From Myxococcota bacterium (GTDB taxonomy: Bacteria; Myxococcota_A; UBA796; UBA2385): a stretch of DNA of 64,000 nt. Positions within the stretch are counted from its first letter, which is position 1. The number at the start of each line of letters is the position of its first letter. A program made the translations under genes and the position numbers. The DNA is taken from positions 64,001-128,000 of the forward strand of contig JBIJDH010000019.1 in NCBI GenBank assembly GCA_044344255.1, written 5' to 3'. Of this stretch, positions 7,492 through 16,302 are shown piece by piece. The notes below the pieces were generated by a model. That model saw nothing but the letters and a program-made list of their open reading frames with translations, was not told the origin of the DNA and did no database searches.

Positions 7492-9759
7492 TCACCGACT
7501 CCAGGGGAACTTCTTCTCGGGGGGCGCCGCAGGGCGGGCCGACGCCGCGGCCGGGGGGGCGGGCAGGGGGACCTCCGGCTCCGTGGCGCTCGGCGGGGCC
7601 CGCAGCAGCTTCGGGCTCGTGACGTAGCGGAGGGCCTCTTCGTAGCTGATCTGGTTCGACTCGTAGAGGTCGACCAGGGCGTGATCGAGGGTGACCATGC
7701 CGTCCTTTCGAGCGGTCTCCATGATCGAGCGGGCCGTGTGCATCTTGTCGTCTCGGATGAGGGAGCGGATGGCCGTGGTCGCCACCATCACCTCGAAGGC
7801 CGGCACTCGCCCCGTCCCGTCCTTCTTCGGGAGGAGGCGCTGGGACACGACCGCGAGCAGCGCCGAGGCGATCTGGCTCCGGGCCTGCCCCTGCTGGTGC
7901 CCCGGGAAGACGTCGACGATGCGGTCAATCGCCTGGACCGCGTCATTGCTGTGGAGGGTCGCGAGCACGAGGTGGCCCGTCTCCGCGGCGGTGATGGCGT
8001 TCGACACCGTCTCCATGTCGCGCATCTCGCCGACGAGGATGACGTCAGGGTCCTGGCGGAGGATGTACTTCAGCGCCGAGGCGAAGCTCTTGGTGTCCGC
8101 GTACACCTCGCGCTGGTCGACCGTCGCGAGGTGGCTCTCGTGGACGTACTCGATCGGGTCCTCGACCGTGATGATCCGACAGGCGCGGGTTCGGTTGATA
8201 CGGTCGAGCAGGCAGGCGAGGGTGGTGGACTTCCCCGAGCCGGTCGGCCCGACGACGAGCAAGAGCCCCTGCGCCTTCCCGCCGAGCTGCACGACCGACT
8301 CGGGCAGCCGGAGCTCGAGAGCGGAGGGCACGCGGCTCGGGATGGCCCGCAGGGCCGCCGCCATGTGCCCCTTCTGGAAGTAGGCGTTGACCCGGAAGCG
8401 CCGCCCGTCCTCGAGGGAGATGGCGAAGTCGAGCTCGCGCTCGAGCTCGTAGATGCTGCGCTGCCGCGACGTGAGGATGCTGAAGAGGAGGATCCGGAGG
8501 TCCGCGTCGGTGAGGGGGCGATCGCCGAGCACGCGCATCTCCCCGCGCACCCGGAGCATCGGCGTGCGGCCGACCGAGAGGTGGAGGTCGGAGGCCCCGG
8601 CGTCGAGGGTGGCCCGCAGCAGGGCCCGCATGTCGAGACCGCCGAGCTCATCAGCGTTGTCGAGGCGGAAGCTGCGCGTGCTGGTGGTCATCCCCTTGGC
8701 CATCAGCGACAGCTCGTCGGGCTGGGTCGAGGCGCCCAGGGCCACCTCGAGGCCGATCTGACCCTCCTTCAGGAGGCGCAGCAGCGCGTCATTGAAGGAG
8801 GAGACCTCGGGCGAGCGGAAGGCCCGCATCAGGTCTTGGAGCTCCTCCACCCGCTGCTCGCGCAAGAGCTTGGTGACCGCGGGAGTGGCGGTGAGCACCT
8901 CGGCCGCCACCACCCGACCCTCGCCGTCAGCCCGCGGCAACAGGCGCTGCGACAGGACGCCCACGAGGCTCATCCCGAGGTCAGAGGCCACCTGATTGCG
9001 CATGTGGACCGGGAAGTAAGCGAGGATGCGCTGGAGCGTCTGCGAGGCGTCGATGGTGTGTAAGGTCGCGAACACGAGGTGGCCCGTCTGGGCGGCGGCG
9101 AGGGCCACCTCGATGGTCTCGGCGTCCCGCAGCTCGCCCACCAGGATGACGTCGGGGCTCTGGCGCACCACCTGGCGGAGGGCGGTCTGGAAGGAGCGGG
9201 TGTCGCTGCCCACCTCTCGCTGGGTCACCCGCGCGAGCAGGCCCACGTGCACGAACTCGATGGGATCTTCGATCGTGACGATGTGTACGGGCCGCGTGCG
9301 GTTGACCTCGTGCACCAGCGCCGCGAGGGTGGTCGACTTGCCGGAGCCGGTGGCCCCCGTCACCAGCACGAGGCCGCGGCTGCGGTGGGCCCAGGTGCGG
9401 ACGCTCTCGGGGAGGCGGAGCGCCGCAAGATCGACGGCCCCGCTCGGCACCGCCCGCGCCACCGCCGAGCTGCGCCCCTGCTGGCGGAGCAGGTTGATGC
9501 GGTAGCGCGAGCCGTCCGGGAGGCTGATGCCCACGTCGGCGTCGCCGCTGCGGTCAAACGTGGCGCGGGTCTCGTCGTGGAGCACCGATCCGAGGAGCTC
9601 GGCCATCTCGTCGGCGGTCGTCGCCGGCTCGTCGAGCGGCAGGACCCGGCCGTGAAGGCGCACAGAGGGCACGGCGCCCTCGGTGAGGAAGAGGTCGGAG
9701 GCCTGGAGCGCATGGAGCGCCGCGAGCAGTCGAGCGAGGGAGGGCGGCAAGGCAGACAT
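7492..9759 (-). CDS. pilT: Tandem double PilT/PilU-family pilus retraction ATPase
   Basis: Two full domains, each with Walker A (GATGSGKSTT, GPTGSGKSTT), Asp box EDPIE, Walker B PDVILVGE and His box TGHLV.ATLH. Confidence 0.9.
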   Translation of the reverse strand: MSALPPSLARLLAALHALQASDLFLTEGAVPSVRLHGRVLPLDEPATTADEMAELLGSVLHDETRATFDRSGDADVGISLPDGSRYRINLLRQQGRSSAVARAVPSGAVDLAALRLPESVRTWAHRSRGLVLVTGATGSGKSTTLAALVHEVNRTRPVHIVTIEDPIEFVHVGLLARVTQREVGSDTRSFQTALRQVVRQSPDVILVGELRDAETIEVALAAAQTGHLVFATLHTIDASQTLQRILAYFPVHMRNQVASDLGMSLVGVLSQRLLPRADGEGRVVAAEVLTATPAVTKLLREQRVEELQDLMRAFRSPEVSSFNDALLRLLKEGQIGLEVALGASTQPDELSLMAKGMTTSTRSFRLDNADELGGLDMRALLRATLDAGASDLHLSVGRTPMLRVRGEMRVLGDRPLTDADLRILLFSILTSRQRSIYELERELDFAISLEDGRRFRVNAYFQKGHMAAALRAIPSRVPSALELRLPESVVQLGGKAQGLLLVVGPTGSGKSTTLACLLDRINRTRACRIITVEDPIEYVHESHLATVDQREVYADTKSFASALKYILRQDPDVILVGEMRDMETVSNAITAAETGHLVLATLHSNDAVQAIDRIVDVFPGHQQGQARSQIASALLAVVSQRLLPKKDGTGRVPAFEVMVATTAIRSLIRDDKMHTARSIMETARKDGMVTLDHALVDLYESNQISYEEALRYVTSPKLLRAPPSATEPEVPLPAPPAAASARPAAPPEKKFPWSR

Positions 9760-9766
9760 GGCCCGC

Positions 9767-9772
9767 AGCCTA
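9767..9772 (-). promoter_or_regulatory. Putative -10 box (TAGGCT) of leaderless pilT transcript
   Basis: TANNNT 7 nt upstream of the ATG, no SD in the spacer. Confidence 0.45.
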
Positions 9773-9847
9773 CTCCACTCTCAGACCTGGAGGACCCTCG
9801 CGCCTTCCGGCATACCCGCCGGAGCCACCGCAAGAAGCCGAAAAAAG

Positions 9848-9921
9848 TGCCCTCTAGAGGGCTCGAACCTCTGACCTGCGGCTTCGAAGGCCGACGCTCT
9901 ATCCAACTGAGCTAAGAAGGC
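9848..9921 (-). tRNA. tRNA-Arg (anticodon UCG), CCA not encoded
   Basis: GCCTTCT TAGCTCAGTTGGATAGAGC G TCGGC CTTCGAA GCCGC AGGTC AGAGG TTCGAGC CCTCT AGAGGGC A: acceptor, D, anticodon and T arms all fold. Confidence 0.95.
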
Positions 9922-9932
9922 AGGCCCGCTCA

Positions 9933-12449
9933 CTATCCAGCCCGCCCCAGATCGGCCAGCCCCTCCGGCGCGGGGGGCGGCGGCCAGCTCCGGGCGAGGC
10001 GAAAGGAGATGTCCACCGTGCGGTGCCGGGGATCGATCCAGCCCCGCGAGCAGACCCGGCTCCAGCGGCGGTCGCCGAGCCAAGAGCCCCCGCGGGAGAC
10101 GCGCATGCGGGGCTGGTCGAGGGCGAGGTCGTCGGGGGGCTCTAGGCGGTCCCAGGCGTCGGCCAGCCAGTCGCGGTAACCGCCGCCGAGGCCGTGCACG
10201 CCGAAGGGGCTCTCGTCGGTGGGATAGGCCGTCACCGGCAAGGGCAGCGGGCGACCCGCCTGACTGCCATCCATCGAACAAAAGGCGGGGTCGAGGTGAT
10301 GCCCCCAGGGATAGGGGCGCCGATCTGCCCCGCGCCCCGCCTTCTCCCGCTCGAGCTCCCGCGGGAGGCGCCAGGGGAGGCCCGTGCGCCGCGCGAGGTC
10401 TGTGGCATAGGCCTGGACGTGGTCCCAGGAGACGTAGATCACGGCCCAGTCGAGATCCCAGAGGTCGCCCTCGGCGTCGGGGACGAGGATGAAATCGCCC
10501 GCCGGGTCTCGCCCATAGACCACCGGCGACTCCTCCCCCTCTCGGGCGGCGATCGGCCGCGGGGCGGCGACGAGCGCGGCCTCCTTTCCCCCCTCTCGGC
10601 GGAGGCGATTGAGATAGGACAGGTACTCGGCCTGGGTGACGTTCTCTCGCTGGAGGATGAAGCCCTCCAGCCACCGGCGCCGCGCGGGGAGGCCGCTGAT
10701 CGCCAGCTCATCTCCGCCCTGATGGAACCAGCCGGCCGGCACATAGCAGTCATTCGGGCCGAGGGTGCCGAGCGGCGGCAGCCGGACAGGGCGCACCGCT
10801 CCCCGATCGTCGCGGCCGTCGTGGTGCTCCCCGCGATCGAGGCTGACCGGGTAGCGCGTGGGGTGGTGGCCGGGGGCCTCGAGCAGGAGCAGGTAGGAGC
10901 CCCGCGGGAGCGGCTCCCGGACGAGCGGCCCCGCCCCGAAGCGGCGCTCGAAGACCGGCCGCAGCAGGCGGTCCTGCTCGACATACCGATAGAGCGTGAT
11001 CACGGCGTCCGCAGGCTCGGTGGTCAGGCTGAGCTCGGCCCCGCCCTCCAGCCAGACCCGGTGCCGACCGCGATCGTGGGCCCGCAGCAGGGCCTCGAGG
11101 CGCAGGGCCTCCGGGTGGTCCCCGCGGCCCTCGGCGGCGGCGTGGCGGGCCTGGTAGTGGTCGGCGAGGCGGGCGTGGGCCTCGACGGCGTCCGGATCGT
11201 GGACGAGCGCCGCCTGGAGGTGGGGCACCACCCGCGCCAGCGCGACCTCGGCGGCCTCCTCGAGCCGCCGCGCCGCGTCCTCCTCGGCCCAGCCGGGCGC
11301 CTTCGCGGACAGCGGGTCGGCCGCCTGGACCCCCGAGAGCAGGGCGGCGGCGCGGGCGCGGTGCACCGCCGCCTCGGCGAGGATGGCCGCCCCGTCTTCC
11401 TCCGCGGTGGTCGCGAGGCGCAGATCACGCTGCGCCCGGGCCCGCCGCCCCTCCCCGTCCCGCCAGTCGAGCAGGGCGGAGCGGAGCCCCTCGGCGTCGG
11501 CGTAGCGGGCGTCGGGCTCGAGGGAGAGGGCGGTGGCCACGATGTCGTGGAGGTCTTCGGGGATCGGGAAGGGGGCCTCGAGGGGCGGCGCGAGGTCGGT
11601 CGGCCGGCGGCCGGCGGCGAAGGGCGGGCGACCGGCGAGGATGTTGAAGAGCACCGCCCCGAGCGCGAAGACGTCGGCCGCGGGCCCGACGGCGCCGAGC
11701 GTGGGATCGAGCTGCTCGGGCGCGGCCCAAGCCGGGGTCCCGAGGGTGGAGCCGAAGCGGGTCTCGAGCGGGTCGACCTCGAGCTCGGCGGTGTGCAGCT
11801 CAATGCCCTCCTCGTCGATGGTGGCGAGGCCCCAGTCGAGGAGGAGCACCTCGCCGCGACGGCCGACCATGATGTTCTGCGGCTTGACGTCGCGGTGGAT
11901 GACGCCGCGGTTGTGGGCATACGCGAGGGTCTCGGCGACACGGCCGAGCTCATCGAGCAGCCGCCCCGGCAGGCGGTCGGGCCGCCGCTCCCAGGCGGCG
12001 CGGATGCGGGCGTCGAAGCGCTCCCCCCGCACCTCCCGCATCGAGAAGGCCCTGCGGCCCGAGACGTCCTCCTCCAGCGCGAAGATGGGCACCACGCCGG
12101 GGTGATCGAGGCGGGCCATGATCCGCGCCTCCTGCACGAGGCGGGCCTCAAGCTCCTCGCTCCAGCGGTCGGGGCGCACGGCCTTCCGCACGTAGGTGCG
12201 GCCGAGGGCAGGGTCGCGCAGGCGCCGCACCTCCCCCATGCCGCCCCGCCCGACGAGGCCGAGGTCTTGCGGGGGCGCGGTGACCCGCGGGGAGACGAGG
12301 CCCGGCGGGCGCTCCGGCGAGTCGGGGCCCCGGCCGGCGGAGGCCGAGGGAAAGGAGACGTCGGAGGGATCCTCCGCGCAATCTTCTGCGGGATCGCCGG
12401 CGGGGTCGTCCCCGATGAGCCGGTCGAGGGTGGGGTCGGCAGAGGGCAT
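9933..12449 (-). CDS. Ser/Thr protein kinase fused to C-terminal FGE-sulfatase (SUMF1-like) domain
   Basis: GRGGMGEV, HRDVKPQN, DWG, GTPAW.APEQ; C-terminal VTQAEY, VSWD, RLPRE.E.EKA.RG, YPWG, SPFGV, RGGSW, FRLAR. Confidence 0.9.
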   Translation of the reverse strand: MPSADPTLDRLIGDDPAGDPAEDCAEDPSDVSFPSASAGRGPDSPERPPGLVSPRVTAPPQDLGLVGRGGMGEVRRLRDPALGRTYVRKAVRPDRWSEELEARLVQEARIMARLDHPGVVPIFALEEDVSGRRAFSMREVRGERFDARIRAAWERRPDRLPGRLLDELGRVAETLAYAHNRGVIHRDVKPQNIMVGRRGEVLLLDWGLATIDEEGIELHTAELEVDPLETRFGSTLGTPAWAAPEQLDPTLGAVGPAADVFALGAVLFNILAGRPPFAAGRRPTDLAPPLEAPFPIPEDLHDIVATALSLEPDARYADAEGLRSALLDWRDGEGRRARAQRDLRLATTAEEDGAAILAEAAVHRARAAALLSGVQAADPLSAKAPGWAEEDAARRLEEAAEVALARVVPHLQAALVHDPDAVEAHARLADHYQARHAAAEGRGDHPEALRLEALLRAHDRGRHRVWLEGGAELSLTTEPADAVITLYRYVEQDRLLRPVFERRFGAGPLVREPLPRGSYLLLLEAPGHHPTRYPVSLDRGEHHDGRDDRGAVRPVRLPPLGTLGPNDCYVPAGWFHQGGDELAISGLPARRRWLEGFILQRENVTQAEYLSYLNRLRREGGKEAALVAAPRPIAAREGEESPVVYGRDPAGDFILVPDAEGDLWDLDWAVIYVSWDHVQAYATDLARRTGLPWRLPRELEREKAGRGADRRPYPWGHHLDPAFCSMDGSQAGRPLPLPVTAYPTDESPFGVHGLGGGYRDWLADAWDRLEPPDDLALDQPRMRVSRGGSWLGDRRWSRVCSRGWIDPRHRTVDISFRLARSWPPPPAPEGLADLGRAG

Positions 12450-12491
12450 GGAGAGGGCTATCCTGCGCGCCGATGCGACCCCTGGCCCCGC
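12425..12491 (+). repeat. 67-bp direct repeat, copy 1 (kinase start / activator start junction)
   Basis: 63/67 identical to 13247-13313. Confidence 0.95.
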
Positions 12492-12579
12492 CGCTCACCC
12501 TGCCCCTCTCCCCCCAGCTCTCCCCCGCGCTCACCCGCCTCCTCGACGCGCTGCGGGCGAGCCTCCGTGGGGAGGGCCC

Positions 12580-13203
12580 ATGACCGCGCCGCCGGAGGGG
12601 CGCGCCTTCTGGGAGCGCAGCGCGGCCCGGTACGATCGCTCGATGGCCCTCCTCGGCGGCCCCATCCCCGCCGCGATCGACGGCGTGGTCGCGCTGGTGC
12701 GCGGGTCGACGCGGGTCTTGGAGGTGGCCTCGGGGACCGGCCTCTTCACCGTGGCGATGGCGCCCACGGTCGGTGAGGTCATCGCCACGGACTACGCCGA
12801 GGCCATGGTGGCGCAGACGCGGGCCCGCGTCGCCGGCCTGCACAACGTGCGCTGCGAGCTTCGAGATCTGTACGCCTTGGGCGAAGACATCGCACCCGTG
12901 GACGCCGTCGTGGGCGCGAACCTGCTTCACCTCCTGCCCGATCTGGAGGGGGGGCTGGCCGCCATGCGGGGCGCGCTCCGCCCCGGGGGCCTGCTCGTGG
13001 TCCCGACCTACTGCCACGCCCAGACGCCCGTCTCGCGCGCGGTCTCGACCGTCCTCTCTTGGGTGTCCTTCCCCGCCCGCCGGCGCTTCGATCTCGACGG
13101 GCTGCGCGAGGCCGTCTCCTCCGCCGGGTTCTCGATCGTGCGGGCCGACCTCCTGCCCGGGCTGCTCCCCATCGGCTTCGTGGCCGGTCGAAAGGAGGGC
13201 TGA
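12580..13203 (+). CDS. Class I SAM-dependent methyltransferase
   Basis: FWERSAARYD, VLEVASGTG motif I, TDYAEAM, NLLHLL, LRPGG; GGAGG upstream of ATG. Confidence 0.9.
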   Translation: MTAPPEGRAFWERSAARYDRSMALLGGPIPAAIDGVVALVRGSTRVLEVASGTGLFTVAMAPTVGEVIATDYAEAMVAQTRARVAGLHNVRCELRDLYALGEDIAPVDAVVGANLLHLLPDLEGGLAAMRGALRPGGLLVVPTYCHAQTPVSRAVSTVLSWVSFPARRRFDLDGLREAVSSAGFSIVRADLLPGLLPIGFVAGRKEG

Positions 13204-13246
13204 GCGGCGCCGGAGCGGCGGCCGGATCGCCACGGGAGGGGCCCGC

Positions 13247-13313
13247 CGAGGGTGGGGTCGGCGGAGGGCAGGGAGGGGGCTATCCTGCCCGCCGATGCGA
13301 CCCCTGGCCCCGC
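13247..13313 (+). repeat. 67-bp direct repeat, copy 2
   Basis: 63/67 identical to 12425-12491. Confidence 0.95.
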
Positions 13314-16042
13314 TGCCTTCCCCCCTGCTCACCCCCCTCCTCCATGCGCTCGGCGCGCGCGGGGAGGCCACCCTGCCGGCGGCCCCGGGGCGCAGCGGCG
13401 CGGCGATCGTGCGCCACCTCTGGGTGGAGGCCGCCCGCCACCTCGGCGGGCCCTTCCCGCTCGTCTTGCTCGACGGGCAGCGGCTCGTCGGCCTCCCCGA
13501 CACCGCCCTCCGCGAGCAGGCAGAGGCGGCGGCGGGCCAGGCCGACGGCGGCTGGCTCTGGGTCGGCCGCGGGGCCCCGGCGGCCCTCGGCCCGGCGGCG
13601 CGGGCGGCCACGGCGGGGCGGGCGGGCCTGCTCTGGGAGGGTGAAGACCCCGACGCCGCCTTGTCCCTCGCGATGGAGGCCGCTCCAATCGACGCCGCGC
13701 TGGCGGTCGAGCGGGGGGCAGACCCCGCCCTCCAGGTCGTCCTCGAGAGCGCCCAGGCGCAGCTCCAGGCGAGCGGGCTGGTCGTGCTGGTGGGCCCGCC
13801 CGGCAGCCGCCCCGAGCGCCTCGCCCCGGCGCTGGTGGGCGAGCCCATCGTGTCCGCCGGGGGTGGGCGGGCGGTCCCCTCCCACCGCCCCGCCCTCTTC
13901 GCCGAGCTCGGCGAGCTCCCCGAGGACGCGGTCGCCGAGCTCGCCAGCCGCCTGCGGACGGAGCCCCCCGCCGCGCCGCCCCTGTTCTCCGCGATGCGCC
14001 CGCGCCCCGACGACCCCGCCTTCGCCCCCATCCTCGGCCAGAGCCCGGCCCTCGTCGGCCTGCTCGAGGCGGCGGCAGCGGCGGCCCGGAGCGCCCGCCC
14101 GGCCCTGCTGCTCGGGGAGGCCGGCACCGGCAAGGAGGGCCTCGCGCGGGCGCTGCACCGGGCGAGCGGCCGGCGCGGCCCCTTCCACGCGATCGACCTC
14201 GGCGCGATCCCCGCCGAGCTCCTGGAGAGCGAGCTCTTCGGCCACGCCCGCGGCGCCTTCTCGGGGGCCGATCGCGCCCGGCCCGGCGCCTGGCGGGCCG
14301 CCGAGGGGGGCACCCTCTTCCTCGATGAGCTCGGCAACCTCGACCTCCGCCTGCAGGCGCGGCTGCTGCGGGTCCTCCAGGAGGGGGCCGTGCGCCCGGT
14401 GGGCGAAGACCGCACCATCTCCGTCGACGTGCGCGTGATCGCCGCCACCAACGCCGACCTCGAGGGGCGGGCCGCCCGCGGAGAGTTCCGAGAGGACCTC
14501 CTCTTCCGCCTCAACACCTTCACCCTCCGCCTGCCGCCCCTCCGCGAGCGGGGCGACGACATCCTGCTGCTCTTCCGCGAGTTCCTTCGTCGGGAGCTCG
14601 GCTTCGTCCCCACCATCGAGGGGTCCGCCGCGGCGCGCCTCCGCCGCTGGCCCTGGCCCGGCAACGTCCGCGAGCTCGACAGCCTCGCCGCCCTCGTCAC
14701 CACGCGCCTGTCGCCCGGCCGGGCCCTCACCGAGGCGGAGCTCCCCGAGATCGACCCCGCCCGCCGCCGCCCCGGCCCCACCGTCGTCACCTGGACCGAG
14801 GCCCCGGGGGAGCGCGTGAGCCTGCCGCCCGCCCTCCCCCGCGCCGCCGCCCTCCGCCTACAGGCCCTGCGGGTGCCGATCCCCGCCCTCCGCGACCGCC
14901 CTCGCCCGGCCCTCCGCGCGCTCCTGCGGGCCCGCCTCGGCGATCTGCCCGTCACCGACGCCGCCCTCGACGCCCTGGTCCGCCGGCCCTGGTGGGGCGA
15001 CGAGGCCGAGCTCGCCGCCGCGGTGGCCACCCTGCGCGCCGGCTGCCCCGGCCTGCTCGACCTCCCCGACATCCGCCGCCTGCTGCCGAACCCCGCAGGG
15101 GCGGCCGGGATCCGGGTGCTGCTCTTCCCGAGCGTCGGCCCCGACGGCACCCTGCGCGGCCTCCGCGAAGACCACGAGGCCCCCGCCCTCCTCCTCGGCC
15201 GGGCCCGCGAGCTCGGCGCCGCCCTCCGCGTGGCCGAGCGCCTCCCCGGCGGCGCCGCCCGACTCCAGGCCCACGGCCGCCCCGCCCTGCAAGACCTCTC
15301 CCTCCTCCCCACCCTGAGCCGCCTCCACGCCCTGCTCTTCACCGCCGAGGAGGGGCTCGCCATCGAGCTCTTCCCCTGGGTGCGCCAGCCCGTGCGGGTG
15401 ACCTCGCTCCGCGCCGAGTCCGCCCCCCGCCTCCTCCGGCCCGGAGAGGTCGCCCCGCTCGGCGACGCAGCGCGGATCGACCTCCTCGGGCCCGACCACC
15501 AGCTCCTGCTCACGCTCTGGGCCTTCGCCGGCCCGGTCGCCTGGGAGGACCGCTCGCCCCACCTCCTCGAGCTGCTGCGCAGCGACGAGGCCGCGGCCAC
15601 GAAGATGTCCTCCCCGCCGCGCGCGCCCTCGCCCGCCGCCCTCCCCATCGAGCCCCTCGCCGCGCCGGCCGCCCCCTCGACCTCCCTCACCCCTGTCCCC
15701 GGCGCCCCCACCGAGCCGCGCACCCACCGCTGGGTCCTCGGCGAGCACGAGCAGGATGCCCTCATCACCCTCATGCTCGCCTTCCCCGGCGGGGAGCTCA
15801 AGGCCTGGGTCTTCGGGGAGATCGCGGCCTGGTCAGGCCCGCAGGAGCGCCTCGCGACCTACCTCCGCTCCGCCCCCAAGACCGCCGACTACATCGGCCG
15901 CCTCTTCGACTTCGAGCCCAACGACGCCCTCCGCCGCCGCTTCGCCGCCCGCCTCCACGGCCACCCCGAGCTCGAGGCCCTGATCCGCCGGCTCCCCGCC
16001 CGCCTCGCGCGCCTCGCCCGCGAGCTCGCCGAGGCCGGATAG
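13295..16042 (+). CDS. Sigma-54 enhancer-binding protein (AAA+) with degenerate second AAA segments and C-terminal FHA-like domain
   Basis: GEAGTGKE, ESELFGHARGAFSGA, GGTLFLDE, QARLLRVLQEG, VRVIAATN, FREDLLFRLN, WPGNVREL; later LLGR...LSRLHA. Confidence 0.85.
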   Translation: MRPLAPLPSPLLTPLLHALGARGEATLPAAPGRSGAAIVRHLWVEAARHLGGPFPLVLLDGQRLVGLPDTALREQAEAAAGQADGGWLWVGRGAPAALGPAARAATAGRAGLLWEGEDPDAALSLAMEAAPIDAALAVERGADPALQVVLESAQAQLQASGLVVLVGPPGSRPERLAPALVGEPIVSAGGGRAVPSHRPALFAELGELPEDAVAELASRLRTEPPAAPPLFSAMRPRPDDPAFAPILGQSPALVGLLEAAAAAARSARPALLLGEAGTGKEGLARALHRASGRRGPFHAIDLGAIPAELLESELFGHARGAFSGADRARPGAWRAAEGGTLFLDELGNLDLRLQARLLRVLQEGAVRPVGEDRTISVDVRVIAATNADLEGRAARGEFREDLLFRLNTFTLRLPPLRERGDDILLLFREFLRRELGFVPTIEGSAAARLRRWPWPGNVRELDSLAALVTTRLSPGRALTEAELPEIDPARRRPGPTVVTWTEAPGERVSLPPALPRAAALRLQALRVPIPALRDRPRPALRALLRARLGDLPVTDAALDALVRRPWWGDEAELAAAVATLRAGCPGLLDLPDIRRLLPNPAGAAGIRVLLFPSVGPDGTLRGLREDHEAPALLLGRARELGAALRVAERLPGGAARLQAHGRPALQDLSLLPTLSRLHALLFTAEEGLAIELFPWVRQPVRVTSLRAESAPRLLRPGEVAPLGDAARIDLLGPDHQLLLTLWAFAGPVAWEDRSPHLLELLRSDEAAATKMSSPPRAPSPAALPIEPLAAPAAPSTSLTPVPGAPTEPRTHRWVLGEHEQDALITLMLAFPGGELKAWVFGEIAAWSGPQERLATYLRSAPKTADYIGRLFDFEPNDALRRRFAARLHGHPELEALIRRLPARLARLARELAEAG

Positions 16043-16120
16043 GGCTCACCGCCCGCCTCGCGCGCCCCGCCCGCACGCTCACCGCGGCCAGGGCGCCCCG
16101 CTCCCCGCCGGGCGCGCTCC

Positions 16121-16203
16121 GCCGGTACCTCGCTGTACCTCGCTGTACCTCACAGGCCGCCGCTGTACCTCGCTGTACCTCGCTGTACCTCGCTGTACCT
16201 CGC
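16121..16203 (+). repeat. Phased 10-bp tandem array (CGCTGTACCT), candidate enhancer (UAS)
   Basis: Six exact and one degenerate unit, interrupted by one 10-nt spacer that keeps the register; non-coding. Confidence 0.9.
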
Positions 16204-16252
16204 GGGGACCGCGCCGGCGGGCTCCGGCGGGGCGGAGGCGGCCGCTTGGGGC

Positions 16253-16268
16253 TGGCACGAGGGTTGCA
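16253..16268 (+). promoter_or_regulatory. Sigma-54 (-24/-12) promoter
   Basis: TGGCACG-AGGG-TTGCA matches consensus TGGCACG-N4-TTGCW, ending 34 nt before the ATG at 16303. Confidence 0.9.
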
Positions 16269-16302
16269 AAAGCAGGCTCCGTCCCTACCCACGGAGCCTT
16301 GA

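Noticed and set aside
9780..9932. tRNA-anchored integrative element
   Set aside because: No integrase, and I found no duplicated tRNA 3' end in the window
12148..15801. 1217-aa minus-strand ORF
   Set aside because: Arg/Ala/Ser-rich shadow frame opposite the methyltransferase and EBP genes
16121..16203. Possible CRISPR array or iterons
   Set aside because: Units are 10 bp and contiguous with no unique spacers; no cas or rep gene nearby
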